Translations under genes and position numbers: made by a program
Shown: piece after piece, positions 20,193 to 29,806 of the stretch
How positions within the stretch are numbered: the stretch's first letter is position 1
Layout: every line of letters begins with the position of its first letter
NCBI GenBank assembly: GCA_045651205.1
Contig: JAZRSA010000045.1
Location: 1 to 61,295 of the forward strand
DNA length: 61,295 bases
Reading direction: 5' to 3'
Origin: Clostridia bacterium
GTDB taxonomy: Bacteria > Bacillota > Clostridia > TANB77 > CAG-465
The notes under the pieces: model-generated
What the model was told of the DNA's origin: nothing
Database searches by the model: none
Seen by the model: the letters and a program-made list of their open reading frames with translations, nothing else

Positions 20193-20267
20193 GGTGCGCG
20201 ATCGGGGACTCGAACCCCGGACCAATAGATTAAGAGTCTACTGCTCTACCAACTGAGCTAATCGCAC
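20192..20267 (-). tRNA. tRNA-Lys (CTT)
   Basis: 76-nt cloverleaf GTGCGATTAGCTCAGTTGGTAGAGCA-GTAGA-CT CTT AA-TCTAT...GGTTCGAGTCC...ACCA with encoded CCA. Confidence 0.97.
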
Positions 20268-20343
20268 ATCAGCTACGATATTTATTATAACAAAAACAAA
20301 ATAAAATGTAAAGTATAAAATAAAATAAATTGGTAAAAATAAA

Positions 20344-20375
20344 GAAAAACGGTATAATCACTAGATTATACCGTT
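20344..20375 (-). terminator. intrinsic terminator
   Basis: aacggtataatc/gattataccgtt inverted repeat with an A run on the + strand. Confidence 0.75.
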
Positions 20376-20382
20376 AGAATTT

Positions 20383-20835
20383 TTAACGAAGGGCATTAAC
20401 ATAATGAGGAATGGTATCCTTTATTTTAGTTAGTCTTTCGTTAAGTTCTTCGAGAGATTGTGGTTCGTCGGTTGAAGCTACATATGCGTCGTAATTAGAA
20501 ATCCTATTTTCTAATAGTTTTTCTAATTCGCGAAACATTTCAAGACGCTTTGTAAGCTTTGCGCGGGTGAGAATCCGCTTATCAAAGGCTTCTTCCCAAC
20601 GGTTTGCACGAGCTGCTTTACCTCTGTAGGAGCTGTTGATTACTTTAGCGTAAATAGCTTCAGCAACAGTTGTAGAGAGAATGTTTTCGGCAATTCCGCG
20701 CCATAAAATGTTGGATACCAGTCTCCCGGAAACTTCATGGTTTGCGCCTACACATTCAAATGTTACATAAGGACCAGATAAGTACTCCTTTGCCATTAAC
20801 CAGACCATTCTTCGGTCCGCATCTTTCGATTTCAT
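20383..20835 (-). CDS. hypothetical protein, paralog of 20963-21427
   Basis: RBS GGAGG; shares MAxEYLSGxYV, SNILWRGIAENI and RWxEAFDxR with its neighbour. Confidence 0.8.
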   Translation of the reverse strand: MKSKDADRRMVWLMAKEYLSGPYVTFECVGANHEVSGRLVSNILWRGIAENILSTTVAEAIYAKVINSSYRGKAARANRWEEAFDKRILTRAKLTKRLEMFRELEKLLENRISNYDAYVASTDEPQSLEELNERLTKIKDTIPHYVNALR

Positions 20836-20918
20836 TTTGCATTAACCTCCAAATTTATTTGTGGTACTACTTTTAACTACGGGTACATTATACCATACTT
20901 TACATAAGAATACAAGGA

Positions 20919-20951
20919 AAAATCCTGATTACAATATGTAATCAGGATTTT
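20919..20951 (-). terminator. intrinsic terminator
   Basis: Perfect 15-bp inverted repeat aaaatcctgattaca-ata-tgtaatcaggatttt. Confidence 0.8.
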
Positions 20952-20962
20952 ATTTCCTTTCG

Positions 20963-21427
20963 TTAGGACAGGGCTTCAATTTTTCTTATGACTTCGTCGA
21001 GTTTGTATTGAAGTTCTTCTTTGGAAGGGCCATCGTCTTCGTTTGTAAAGTAGTTATCGTAGCTTGCGATTGCATGCTCGTAATACTCTTTAAGGGCCTC
21101 AAGATTAAGAAGTTCATCTTGGATTTTTGCTTCGCGTTCTTGTTCGCGGATAAACTCGTCACGTCTGTCAAAAGCTTCATCCCACCGCATTTTTCGCTGA
21201 TACCAACCGATAGAGGGCTTGTCTACAACTTTATTGTAGATGTATTTTGCGACTCTTGTGTCGATAATATTTTCAGCGATTCCACGCCAGAGAATGTTGG
21301 AAATGGTTGTTGCGGTTGTCCGGTATTTCGTAGCGATCGTTTTTAACGATACATATGAACCAGAGAGGTACTCACTGGCCATTCTACGAATTGTGCGTTC
21401 GTCGACATTCTTTACTATAAGTGCCAT
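20963..21427 (-). CDS. hypothetical protein with possible HTH and C-terminal coiled coil
   Basis: SLKTIATKYRTTATTISNILWR is HTH-like; RBS GGAGG; own promoter. Confidence 0.8.
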   Translation of the reverse strand: MALIVKNVDERTIRRMASEYLSGSYVSLKTIATKYRTTATTISNILWRGIAENIIDTRVAKYIYNKVVDKPSIGWYQRKMRWDEAFDRRDEFIREQEREAKIQDELLNLEALKEYYEHAIASYDNYFTNEDDGPSKEELQYKLDEVIRKIEALS

Positions 21428-21615
21428 GTTTTAAACCTCCAAAATTATTTGGTTTCCGTGCTATCATCACTATTTTAATTATAACATTTTTTTAGGATAA
21501 ATTCAACAATTTGTTTTAATAAAATGAATTGTATGGATTAGTAGGTGTAGTTGAAATAATATTCATATTGTGATATAATTTATAAAGTCCTAATAGAATA
21601 TTAAAGGGTGGATTT

Positions 21616-22536
21616 ATGAAAGTAGAATATAATAAAATTAAAGAATATATAGATGAAACAAAAGTTAGATTTAACGAACCAATGGAAAAACATACAACAT
21701 TAAAAGTTGGAGGACCAGCAGACATACTAGTACTACCTGAAACAGTACAAGATGTAATTGATACTATGGAATTTGCTAAAAAATATGATGTGCCTGTAAC
21801 TGTTATAGGTAATGGAAGCAAATTACTTGTGTTAGACGGTGGAATTAGAGGCTTAGTAATTAAACTAGGAAGTAAATTTTCAAATGTAGCTATAGATGGC
21901 GAATACATAACAGCTGAGTCTGGTCTTAGTATGCCACGTTTAGCAATACTTGCTAAAGATAATGAGCTTGCTGGATTAGAATTTGCTGCAGGAATACCAG
22001 GTTTTCTTGGTGGTGGTATATTTATGAATGCGGGCGCTTATGGTGGAGAATTATCTAATGTAATAGAAGAAGTTACATATTTAGATAAAAACAATGAAGT
22101 TAAAACACTAACAAAAGAAGAATTGGAATTTGGATATAGAAGTAGTTTCTTCAAGAATCACAAAGGAGAAGGAAATATAATTCTTCAAGCTAAATTTAAG
22201 CTTACTAAAGGTAATAAAGAAGAAATAGAAGCTAAAATGAAGGAAAATAATGATTCAAGAAAATCTAAACAACCTTTAGAGTATCCAAATGCAGGAAGTA
22301 CTTTCAAAAGACCAGAAGGATATTTTGTTGGAAAGCTTATAGATGATTTGGGATTAAAAGGCTATAGAATAGGTGGAGCAGAAATCTCTACAAAACATTC
22401 AGGCTTTATAGTAAATGTAGATCATGCTAAAGCAAAAGATGTAAAAGATTTAATAGATTACATCAAAGAAAAAGTATTTGAAGCAAACAAAGTTAAACTT
22501 GAAGAAGAAATAATAATACTTGGAGAGGAAGTTTAA
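21616..22536 (+). CDS. murB: UDP-N-acetylmuramate dehydrogenase
   Basis: HTTLKVGGPAD, GIPG..GG...MNAGAYG and AGSTFKRP motifs. Confidence 0.97.
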   Translation: MKVEYNKIKEYIDETKVRFNEPMEKHTTLKVGGPADILVLPETVQDVIDTMEFAKKYDVPVTVIGNGSKLLVLDGGIRGLVIKLGSKFSNVAIDGEYITAESGLSMPRLAILAKDNELAGLEFAAGIPGFLGGGIFMNAGAYGGELSNVIEEVTYLDKNNEVKTLTKEELEFGYRSSFFKNHKGEGNIILQAKFKLTKGNKEEIEAKMKENNDSRKSKQPLEYPNAGSTFKRPEGYFVGKLIDDLGLKGYRIGGAEISTKHSGFIVNVDHAKAKDVKDLIDYIKEKVFEANKVKLEEEIIILGEEV

Positions 22537-23944
22537 AGAAAAAATGAAAGCATTTTTAGAGTGGTTAAAACCAGGAATAAAAGTAAAACGTTATGTTATA
22601 TTACAAATTATATCTGTTGTATTATTAGGTTATACAACATATAAATGTTTTGGTGAACAAGGCCACGGTAAAGAAGAAATAATAGCATATATATTATTAA
22701 TTACTATATCGCTATTTACAACAGTATATTCATTTATACTAGCTCAAAGAAGTATTCTTAAAATTACATTAAAGAATATGGCATACAAAGAAAAAAACGG
22801 AGATATTCGTAAATTGTTATTTACAGAATCAATGCTAAAAAAAGGACCTAAAGTTGTTATTATAGGTGGTGGAAAAGGTCTATCTAACATATTAAGTGGT
22901 CTTAAAGAATTTACATCAAATATCACATCAATTGTAGCTACTTTTGATGATGGTGGTTCTACAGGAAGAATAATGCAACAAATAGATACATTACCTCCTG
23001 GAGATATTCGTAGAAGTATAATAGCATTATCTGAAGTTGAACCTTGTATGGAAAAACTTTTAAGTTACAGATTCAAAGATGGTAAAATAGATAACCATTC
23101 TTTAGGTAACCTTATGATAGTTGCTATGACAGAAGTTATGGGTGGTTTTGCACCAGCTGTACAAAAAATATCTGAAATATTTAGAGTTAAAGGTAAAATA
23201 TTACCAGTATCTTTAGATAAAGCAAAACTTTGTGCAAGTTTAGAAAATGGTGAACTTGTTGTTGGAGAAGACAATATTAGACCAAGAGCTTTAGAATCTA
23301 AGAGCAGAATAAAACAAATATTCTTAAAAGATACTGAAGCAGATCCAGCACCAGGTGTACTTGAAGCTATAAAAGAGGCAGATGTTATAGTAATCGGACC
23401 AGGTAGTCTTTACTCAAGTGTTATTTGCAACTTACTTGTAAATGATGTAAGTAAAACAATAATCCAAAGTAAAGCTAAAAAGGTTATGATTTCTAACATA
23501 ATGAATGAACCGGGTGAAACAACTGGTTATACACTAGCAAAACATGTTAATGAAGTTGAAAGATATTTAGGGAAACAAGTATTAGATTATGTAATTGCAA
23601 ATAACGGTGAAATTACAGAAGATATGATATTAGATTTTAATCAAGGAGCTTCAACTCCAGTAACAATAGATTTAGCAAATATTAAAAACAGAACGATATC
23701 TGTTATAGAAGAAGACTTAGTTATTACAGCACCAAGTTCCATATTACACGATAATTTAAGAGTTGCTGAAATAATTGTAGAAATTGCTAAAACAAAAGGG
23801 ATAGGTTCTTTAAACCTACTTAAGAGAAAAAATTCTAAAAAGAAGAAAAAAGTAGTTAGTAGAATTAGTCCTGAAACTAAAGAAAAAATACTTAATGCAG
23901 AATTAGAAAGAAGAAAAAGAACGGAAGAAGAAAAGAATTCCTAA
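22520..23944 (+). CDS. yvcK: YvcK/GlmR-family UDP-GlcNAc-binding protein with N-terminal TM helices
   Basis: IGGGKGLS, DDGGSTG, PPGDIR, HSLGNL and GPGSLYSS motifs. Confidence 0.88.
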   Translation: MERKFKEKMKAFLEWLKPGIKVKRYVILQIISVVLLGYTTYKCFGEQGHGKEEIIAYILLITISLFTTVYSFILAQRSILKITLKNMAYKEKNGDIRKLLFTESMLKKGPKVVIIGGGKGLSNILSGLKEFTSNITSIVATFDDGGSTGRIMQQIDTLPPGDIRRSIIALSEVEPCMEKLLSYRFKDGKIDNHSLGNLMIVAMTEVMGGFAPAVQKISEIFRVKGKILPVSLDKAKLCASLENGELVVGEDNIRPRALESKSRIKQIFLKDTEADPAPGVLEAIKEADVIVIGPGSLYSSVICNLLVNDVSKTIIQSKAKKVMISNIMNEPGETTGYTLAKHVNEVERYLGKQVLDYVIANNGEITEDMILDFNQGASTPVTIDLANIKNRTISVIEEDLVITAPSSILHDNLRVAEIIVEIAKTKGIGSLNLLKRKNSKKKKKVVSRISPETKEKILNAELERRKRTEEEKNS

Positions 23945-23961
23945 AATGAGAGGAACCACAC

Positions 23962-25788
23962 ATGATATATAAGAGAACAAATAAAACCTTGACTGACGAC
24001 AAGAGAGTAGAATACGTTGAATCAAACAATCAAGGGATATATATAAATACTTCAGTTACGGGTGCAAATTTTGCACCCTATCATGGTTTATATATAAACC
24101 AAACACCAAAACAAAATGATATATACTTATCTAAAATGATAGAGTATGTAGTTATTGACCATGAAAGATTTGATATCATGGATATTAAAACAAGTGAAGA
24201 GAATTATGGTGGTGTGGAATATTTAGAAGAGTTTACAAATGATCCAGTACCAACATATATATATAATATTAATGGTTGTAGGATTATCAAAAAATATAAG
24301 CTAGATCCTAATAGTAAATTATTGTGCGTAGATTATGCAGTAACGAATAATACAGGGAAAACGGTTAAGTTTTATGCTATGCCTTGTGTTACTAAAAGAC
24401 CACTTGTTACACTAAAACGTAAAAGCGATATGAAGTTTACTAGCCAATATGCACCAACTGCTGCCAAAGTAGCTCTTAGCATAAGTGAGAATTTAAATTT
24501 ATATATTAAATCTCCAAATATGCGTTATGATAAAAAAGAAACTTACTTAACAGGAGTAAATTCAGATTATGAAGATAGTTTTGGAAATATCAAAACATAT
24601 GTAGAAGACTTGTTTATACCAGGAATATTTGAAGCGCATGTTAAGAATATGAATACATCCACATTCTTAATATTTGCATCTACAGAAGATATAAATGCTC
24701 AAATGTGTGAGTCTATGAATATAGAGATGGATATAAAAGATAGAGATTCTATTCGTTATAGAAATATAGATGAAATGTATTATGAACTTAAATCTTTAGC
24801 TAAAACAGCGTATTCGCTTCAATACATAGATAAAGAAAAAAGACAATTTGTATTACTTGAATCTATGCCACCAATCTACGATTCTAAAGAATATGTTAAG
24901 AATATGATAGTCTCTATAGAAGGAAATTATCTACTACTAGGAAGATACAAAGAAGCACATAAAATTCTTGAGAGTATGATGATAAAACTTAAAGACACAA
25001 CATATGAGTTAGAAGATGTGGATAGATGTGAAGCAATTTTATTATACATAGAAGCATTAAATAGATATGTTTCTGTAACAGAAGCAGAAAAAGAAGATAT
25101 AGCATCATTTTACTCATTCATTCGCGAAAATATATATGAATTATTAAATAGAAGATTAGATAATATGTATGCTGATGAAATAGATCAATTAATAGTAGTA
25201 AATGGGAAGAAATATATCAAACTTAATGCGTTGTGGTATAATGCATTAAGAGTATATGTAGATTTAGCAGATAAATTTGGCGAAGATTCTACACATATAT
25301 ATAATGTTTCAGAGAATGTTAAAGCAAAAATACAAGAGATGTTCTGGGATGAAGAAAATGCAGTTTTAAAATATGAATTAAATTCAGAATCTTATGCAAC
25401 TGTAGATATGCTTTATGCACTTAGCCTATCATATAAGGTAATATATGATGGAAATATAAGTATGAAGCTTATGGATACAACATTTAAAAAATTATATACA
25501 GCATTAGGAATGAGACTTGGAGAAATAAATTCTGAGAGATATGATGGATATGTTTATCCTCACTTGTTAGTGCATTTCCTAAAAGCAAATTTAAGACAAA
25601 TGGGCGTAACGCGTGCAAGCCAAAAACTAGCATATAATTTGGTTAAAGATGCGTTCCAGGAAATAGGTAAAAATACTGTTGGAACAGTAAAATATAAATA
25701 TAATGAAAAAACTAAAAAGGCTATTGGTAATACAGTGTCTGCAATGACAAATGCAGAACTTATCCGTGCTTTTGAGATGTTAACTTAA
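23962..25788 (+). CDS. glycogen debranching enzyme-like protein (degenerate)
   Basis: N-terminal YHGL..LSKM.E, P.PT..Y and DLFIPG.F; C-terminal LNALWYNAL and LYTALGMR. Confidence 0.65.
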   Translation: MIYKRTNKTLTDDKRVEYVESNNQGIYINTSVTGANFAPYHGLYINQTPKQNDIYLSKMIEYVVIDHERFDIMDIKTSEENYGGVEYLEEFTNDPVPTYIYNINGCRIIKKYKLDPNSKLLCVDYAVTNNTGKTVKFYAMPCVTKRPLVTLKRKSDMKFTSQYAPTAAKVALSISENLNLYIKSPNMRYDKKETYLTGVNSDYEDSFGNIKTYVEDLFIPGIFEAHVKNMNTSTFLIFASTEDINAQMCESMNIEMDIKDRDSIRYRNIDEMYYELKSLAKTAYSLQYIDKEKRQFVLLESMPPIYDSKEYVKNMIVSIEGNYLLLGRYKEAHKILESMMIKLKDTTYELEDVDRCEAILLYIEALNRYVSVTEAEKEDIASFYSFIRENIYELLNRRLDNMYADEIDQLIVVNGKKYIKLNALWYNALRVYVDLADKFGEDSTHIYNVSENVKAKIQEMFWDEENAVLKYELNSESYATVDMLYALSLSYKVIYDGNISMKLMDTTFKKLYTALGMRLGEINSERYDGYVYPHLLVHFLKANLRQMGVTRASQKLAYNLVKDAFQEIGKNTVGTVKYKYNEKTKKAIGNTVSAMTNAELIRAFEMLT

Positions 25789-25807
25789 GAAAAGAAGGAG
25801 GTAATAT

Positions 25808-26314
25808 ATGTACATATTAGGAATAGATCCTGGATTTGGACGACTTGGCTATGGAATAATAGAATATAGAAATAACAAGTTTAGAACAGTAGAATATGGC
25901 TGTATTACAACTCCACCTAAGGAAAGATTATCTTTAAGATTAAAGAAAATTGAAGAAGATTTAGAAGAGGTTTTATCTAGAAATAAAATAGATGAAGCGT
26001 CAATAGAAGATTTATTCTTTAATCAAAATATAACTACAGGTATACAAGTTGCAGAAGCAAGAGGTGTTGTACTTTGTACTTTAGAAAAACATGGTATAAA
26101 GATAAGCGAATATACACCGCTTCAAGTAAAACAAGCGCTGGTTGGTTATGGTAGAGCAAAAAAAGATCAAGTAGAATATATGGTTAAAGATATATTAAAA
26201 CTAGATAAAATGCCGAAAATAGACGACACAACAGATGCTTTAGCAATAGCAATTTGTCATGCAAACAGCAATAAGTATAATAGTTATTTAGAAAAAGAAA
26301 TAAAAAAGAAGTAA
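25808..26314 (+). CDS. ruvC: Holliday junction resolvase
   Basis: ILGIDPG, EYTP.QVK..VGYGRA.K.QV and DD.TDALAIAICH motifs. Confidence 0.97.
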   Translation: MYILGIDPGFGRLGYGIIEYRNNKFRTVEYGCITTPPKERLSLRLKKIEEDLEEVLSRNKIDEASIEDLFFNQNITTGIQVAEARGVVLCTLEKHGIKISEYTPLQVKQALVGYGRAKKDQVEYMVKDILKLDKMPKIDDTTDALAIAICHANSNKYNSYLEKEIKKK

Positions 26315-26323
26315 TGATATGAA

Positions 26324-26355
26324 TAAAAAGATGCAAGCACGCTTGCATCTTTTTA
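26324..26355 (+). terminator. intrinsic terminator
   Basis: taaaaagatgcaagc-ac-gcttgcatcttttta. Confidence 0.8.
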
Positions 26356-26445
26356 TATAATTATAATTTTTATATAAATATAATTGTGACCTGTTGCTAA
26401 TTATATTTTGGCTGTGATATAATATGCGTATTAACGGGGAAGTAA

Positions 26446-27729
26446 ATGAAGAAGATAATAAAAAGAGTATATTGGAGAAAATTAGATGATCAAGCTAAGG
26501 TTTTTACTTTAGCATCAAATAAAAAATATAGTTCGATATATAGACTGTCTGTATTATTAAAAGAAAATATAGATGAGCAACTACTTCAAAAAGCAACGGA
26601 AATGACTATTACTAAATATAGGGCGTTTAAGGTAAAGCTTAAATTTGGCTTGTTTTGGTATTATTTTGAAGAAAATGAGCTTATGCCAGTTGTATCAGAA
26701 GAAGTAGATTATCCATTTAAGAAAATTAATGATAAAGCAAATAATGAGTTTTTATTTAAGGTAACATACTTTCATAAAAAGATTAATTTGGAAGTGTTTC
26801 ATGCTTTAACAGATGGAAATGGTGCAATATTATTTTTAAATGATATTATCTATAGATATCTTGAAATGAAGTATCCAAGCGATATTCCTGAACACAAAAA
26901 AGAGTTTAGAAAAATGGCAGAAGATACTGAAGATGCATACAAGAAAAGCTATGTAAAGAAAAGATCTAAAACGAAGAAAATAAAAAAAGCGTATATGCTT
27001 GAAGGTGAAGAATTAGATAAAGGTGAGTATGGTATAACTCATAACATTATTAATCTAAAAGAACTTAAAGATTATGCTAAATCCGAAGGATGTAGTTTAT
27101 CAGAATATCTTGTAGCATTAATCGCATATTCAATTTATGAAACAAATTACAGAATATATAATGGTAAAAGGCCAATAAATATTTCTGTTCCAATTAATTT
27201 AAAAAAATATATTGAGACTGAAACAATTTCAAATTTCTTTTCATATATGCAAGTAAGTGTTTCTTTAAAAGAGAAAAAGGTATATACTTTTAATGATATA
27301 TTAGTTTTAGTAAAAAAAGAATTTGAAAAGAAATTAATATTAGATAAAATATTATCAACAATAACTAAAGATGCAGGAAGTACGAATAATATATTTGTAA
27401 GAATAGTACCTTTAGTATTAAAGAAACTAGCATTTAGAATAGGTTCAATGCAAGTAAAGAGAAAGTTTACAACATCATTTTCTAACATAGGAATAGTGAA
27501 TGTTAAAGATGAATATAAACCATATATTGATGGATATTTTGTAATACTTTCGCCAGACTGGGCAGAAAAGATTAAATGTGGTATAGTTTCTTATGATAAG
27601 GATATAGTTGTTACATTTTCAACTGTCCTTAAAGAAAATTTAGTAGAAAATAAATTTAAAGATTTATTAAAAGAAAGAAATATAACAAATAGAATAGAAG
27701 GGAATGATTTAGTTAATGTATCCGACTAA
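26446..27729 (+). CDS. alcohol acetyltransferase/condensation-fold acyltransferase
   Basis: W.KLD..AK.F, FHALTDGNG (HxxxDG), PINL...NFF and FSNIG motifs. Confidence 0.75.
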   Translation: MKKIIKRVYWRKLDDQAKVFTLASNKKYSSIYRLSVLLKENIDEQLLQKATEMTITKYRAFKVKLKFGLFWYYFEENELMPVVSEEVDYPFKKINDKANNEFLFKVTYFHKKINLEVFHALTDGNGAILFLNDIIYRYLEMKYPSDIPEHKKEFRKMAEDTEDAYKKSYVKKRSKTKKIKKAYMLEGEELDKGEYGITHNIINLKELKDYAKSEGCSLSEYLVALIAYSIYETNYRIYNGKRPINISVPINLKKYIETETISNFFSYMQVSVSLKEKKVYTFNDILVLVKKEFEKKLILDKILSTITKDAGSTNNIFVRIVPLVLKKLAFRIGSMQVKRKFTTSFSNIGIVNVKDEYKPYIDGYFVILSPDWAEKIKCGIVSYDKDIVVTFSTVLKENLVENKFKDLLKERNITNRIEGNDLVNVSD

Positions 27730-27871
27730 CATAAGAACAAATAAGAATGACAAAAGAAAAGTAAAGAAAGCTGTAAGGAACGCGATAAAAGCAGGAATAA
27801 AAGAAAATGTTAAGTTGTTCTTAAATACAAAGAAGTTTGGGAAAATAATAATGGCAAAACTACATATATAA
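27716..27871 (+). CDS. small basic protein (51 aa, absent from the ORF track)
   Basis: MYPTNIRTNKNDKRKVKKAVRNAIKAGIKENVKLFLNTKKFGKIIMAKLHI; overlaps the upstream stop and fills the intergenic gap. Confidence 0.45.
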   Translation: MYPTNIRTNKNDKRKVKKAVRNAIKAGIKENVKLFLNTKKFGKIIMAKLHI

Positions 27872-27891
27872 TATTTTAAAAGGAGAAATAA

Positions 27892-28671
27892 ATGAAGAAA
27901 AGTAAATTATTGCTCGTTTTAATAATAGTAGTTATAATTGGATTAATAACTGCTATTGTATATAGTATGATAATAAATAAAAACACAAGTTATGAGAATT
28001 TTATGATATTAACTAATGAATATCCACATAATGTAGATTGTTTTACTCAAGGCTTGTTTATATATAACAATATTATGTATGAAACATGTGGCTTGTATGG
28101 AAAATCTAGATTATATAAAAATATTAATTTAATAAGTGGAGAAGCAGCAGAGACTTATGTTTTTGATAATAATATATTTGCAGAAGGAAGTACAATATTA
28201 AATAATAAGATCTATGTATTAACATATAAAGAAAATAAAATATATAAATTTGATATTGAAAGTCTAACTTTAGAAAAAGAATATGAATATTCAAAAGAAG
28301 GTTGGGGCTTAACTACAGATGGTAAATATTTAATAGCAAGTGATGGAAGTTCTAAAATATATTATTTAGACGAGAATTTGGATGTTATTAGAGAACTAAA
28401 TGTTACATTAAATAATAAACCAATATATAATATAAATGAATTAGAATATATTGACGGAAAAATATGGGCGAATATTTGGTACGAAAATTATATTGTTAGA
28501 ATTAATCCGGTTGATGGAAAAGTTTTAGATAAAATAGATTTTGGAAAATTGAAAAGCAAGATAAATTCTAATGCAGATGTTTTAAATGGAATAGCTTATA
28601 ATAAGGAAAGTGGAAAGTTGTATGTAACAGGCAAAAATTGGGATAAGCTTTTTGAGTTTGAATTGAAATAA
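27892..28671 (+). CDS. glutaminyl-peptide cyclotransferase
   Basis: YPH...FTQGL, FAEG, EGWGLT, SDGS, NELEYI and VLNGIAY motifs. Confidence 0.92.
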   Translation: MKKSKLLLVLIIVVIIGLITAIVYSMIINKNTSYENFMILTNEYPHNVDCFTQGLFIYNNIMYETCGLYGKSRLYKNINLISGEAAETYVFDNNIFAEGSTILNNKIYVLTYKENKIYKFDIESLTLEKEYEYSKEGWGLTTDGKYLIASDGSSKIYYLDENLDVIRELNVTLNNKPIYNINELEYIDGKIWANIWYENYIVRINPVDGKVLDKIDFGKLKSKINSNADVLNGIAYNKESGKLYVTGKNWDKLFEFELK

Positions 28672-28675
28672 AGTA

Positions 28676-28720
28676 AAATAAAAACAGCACTTAATATAAA
28701 AGTTAAGTGCTGTTTTATTT
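28676..28720. terminator. bidirectional terminator
   Basis: aaaacagcacttaa...ttaagtgctgtttt between convergent genes. Confidence 0.8.
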
Positions 28721-29691
28721 TATTGCCCTATAAACATTGCAACAATAATATATCCGTATATTGGACTTTGTGTTACACCTATTCCAACATAATTATATGA
28801 CGTAGATAGAATATTTTGTTTATGGGTATCGGAATTTAACCAAGAATTTACAGCATCTTCAAGAGAAGAATTTCCTGCAATATTTTCACCAGCTGCTTTA
28901 TATGTAATTTTATTACTAGTAAGCATTTTAAATGGATCGCCGTAAGAAGGGGAAGTGTGAGAAAAGTATTCATTACTTACCATATCATCAGCTTTTAATC
29001 CAGCAAGTTTGGTTATAGTAACTCCAGCGTTTAATTTTTTAAGTCCTTTTTTAGTTCTAGCGCTATTTATTAAATTAAAAACGGCTTGTTCGTTTTCGCT
29101 CATAGATGCATTAGATGTAGTAGATGTGTTTGAGTTTTGTGATGTAGTTGTATTGGAGTTAGAGTTACTTGTAGATGTGTTTTTTAACAAGTCTTTTCGT
29201 ATGCAACCAATATTGCCGTTATTTGTTAGAACAACATACCAATTAGAAATGTATCCAATTACAGTTACTTTCGTATTTTTATCTAATGTCATTCTTTTTG
29301 CAAAGTTTGTTCCGGGACCACCACGTAAAATTGTATTTCCACTAGTTACTTTTGTAGCTTTGGTAACCATTGTATATGTTTTAGCACCTTTAGGCGCGCT
29401 AGAAGTCGTTTTTACATAGTTTTTGCTAATAGCACCTATTTCGTTACTACCGGTTTGCACAATATAAAATTCGCCTGTTGTTGCTAAAATTTTAACGTCT
29501 GTATTTTTAGCAAGTGTTCCAAGTTTTCCTTTGCTAGTAGAAGCGATGACTCTAAAATTTACACTTGTACTAGTTTTACCATATTTAGGTTTGTAGTTAG
29601 ATACAGATATCGCAAATACATTTGTGCTAATAGTTGTTAGTATTAAAGTAAATAGCAAGAATATGCTTAAAAATTTAATTGTTTTTTTCAT
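28720..29691 (-). CDS. secreted SH3b-SH3b-CAP (YkwD-like) protein
   Basis: Signal peptide, LRGGPGTNF SH3b repeat, S/T/N linker, YFSHTSP.YG..F, GENIA and WLNS..HK.NIL motifs. Confidence 0.88.
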   Translation of the reverse strand: MKKTIKFLSIFLLFTLILTTISTNVFAISVSNYKPKYGKTSTSVNFRVIASTSKGKLGTLAKNTDVKILATTGEFYIVQTGSNEIGAISKNYVKTTSSAPKGAKTYTMVTKATKVTSGNTILRGGPGTNFAKRMTLDKNTKVTVIGYISNWYVVLTNNGNIGCIRKDLLKNTSTSNSNSNTTTSQNSNTSTTSNASMSENEQAVFNLINSARTKKGLKKLNAGVTITKLAGLKADDMVSNEYFSHTSPSYGDPFKMLTSNKITYKAAGENIAGNSSLEDAVNSWLNSDTHKQNILSTSYNYVGIGVTQSPIYGYIIVAMFIGQ

Positions 29692-29806
29692 ATGAATAAC
29701 CTCCGATATATATGTATGTACAAGCATATGTTTTTAGAACTAAATTTTGGAAAAATAATGTATATATTGCGAGTCTGTGCTAAATAATATATGCGAGGTG
29801 AAACGA

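Noticed and set aside
20192..21500. Integrative element at tRNA-Lys
   Set aside because: No integrase and no duplicated tRNA 3' end; the foreign-looking genes lie on the 5' side of the tRNA.
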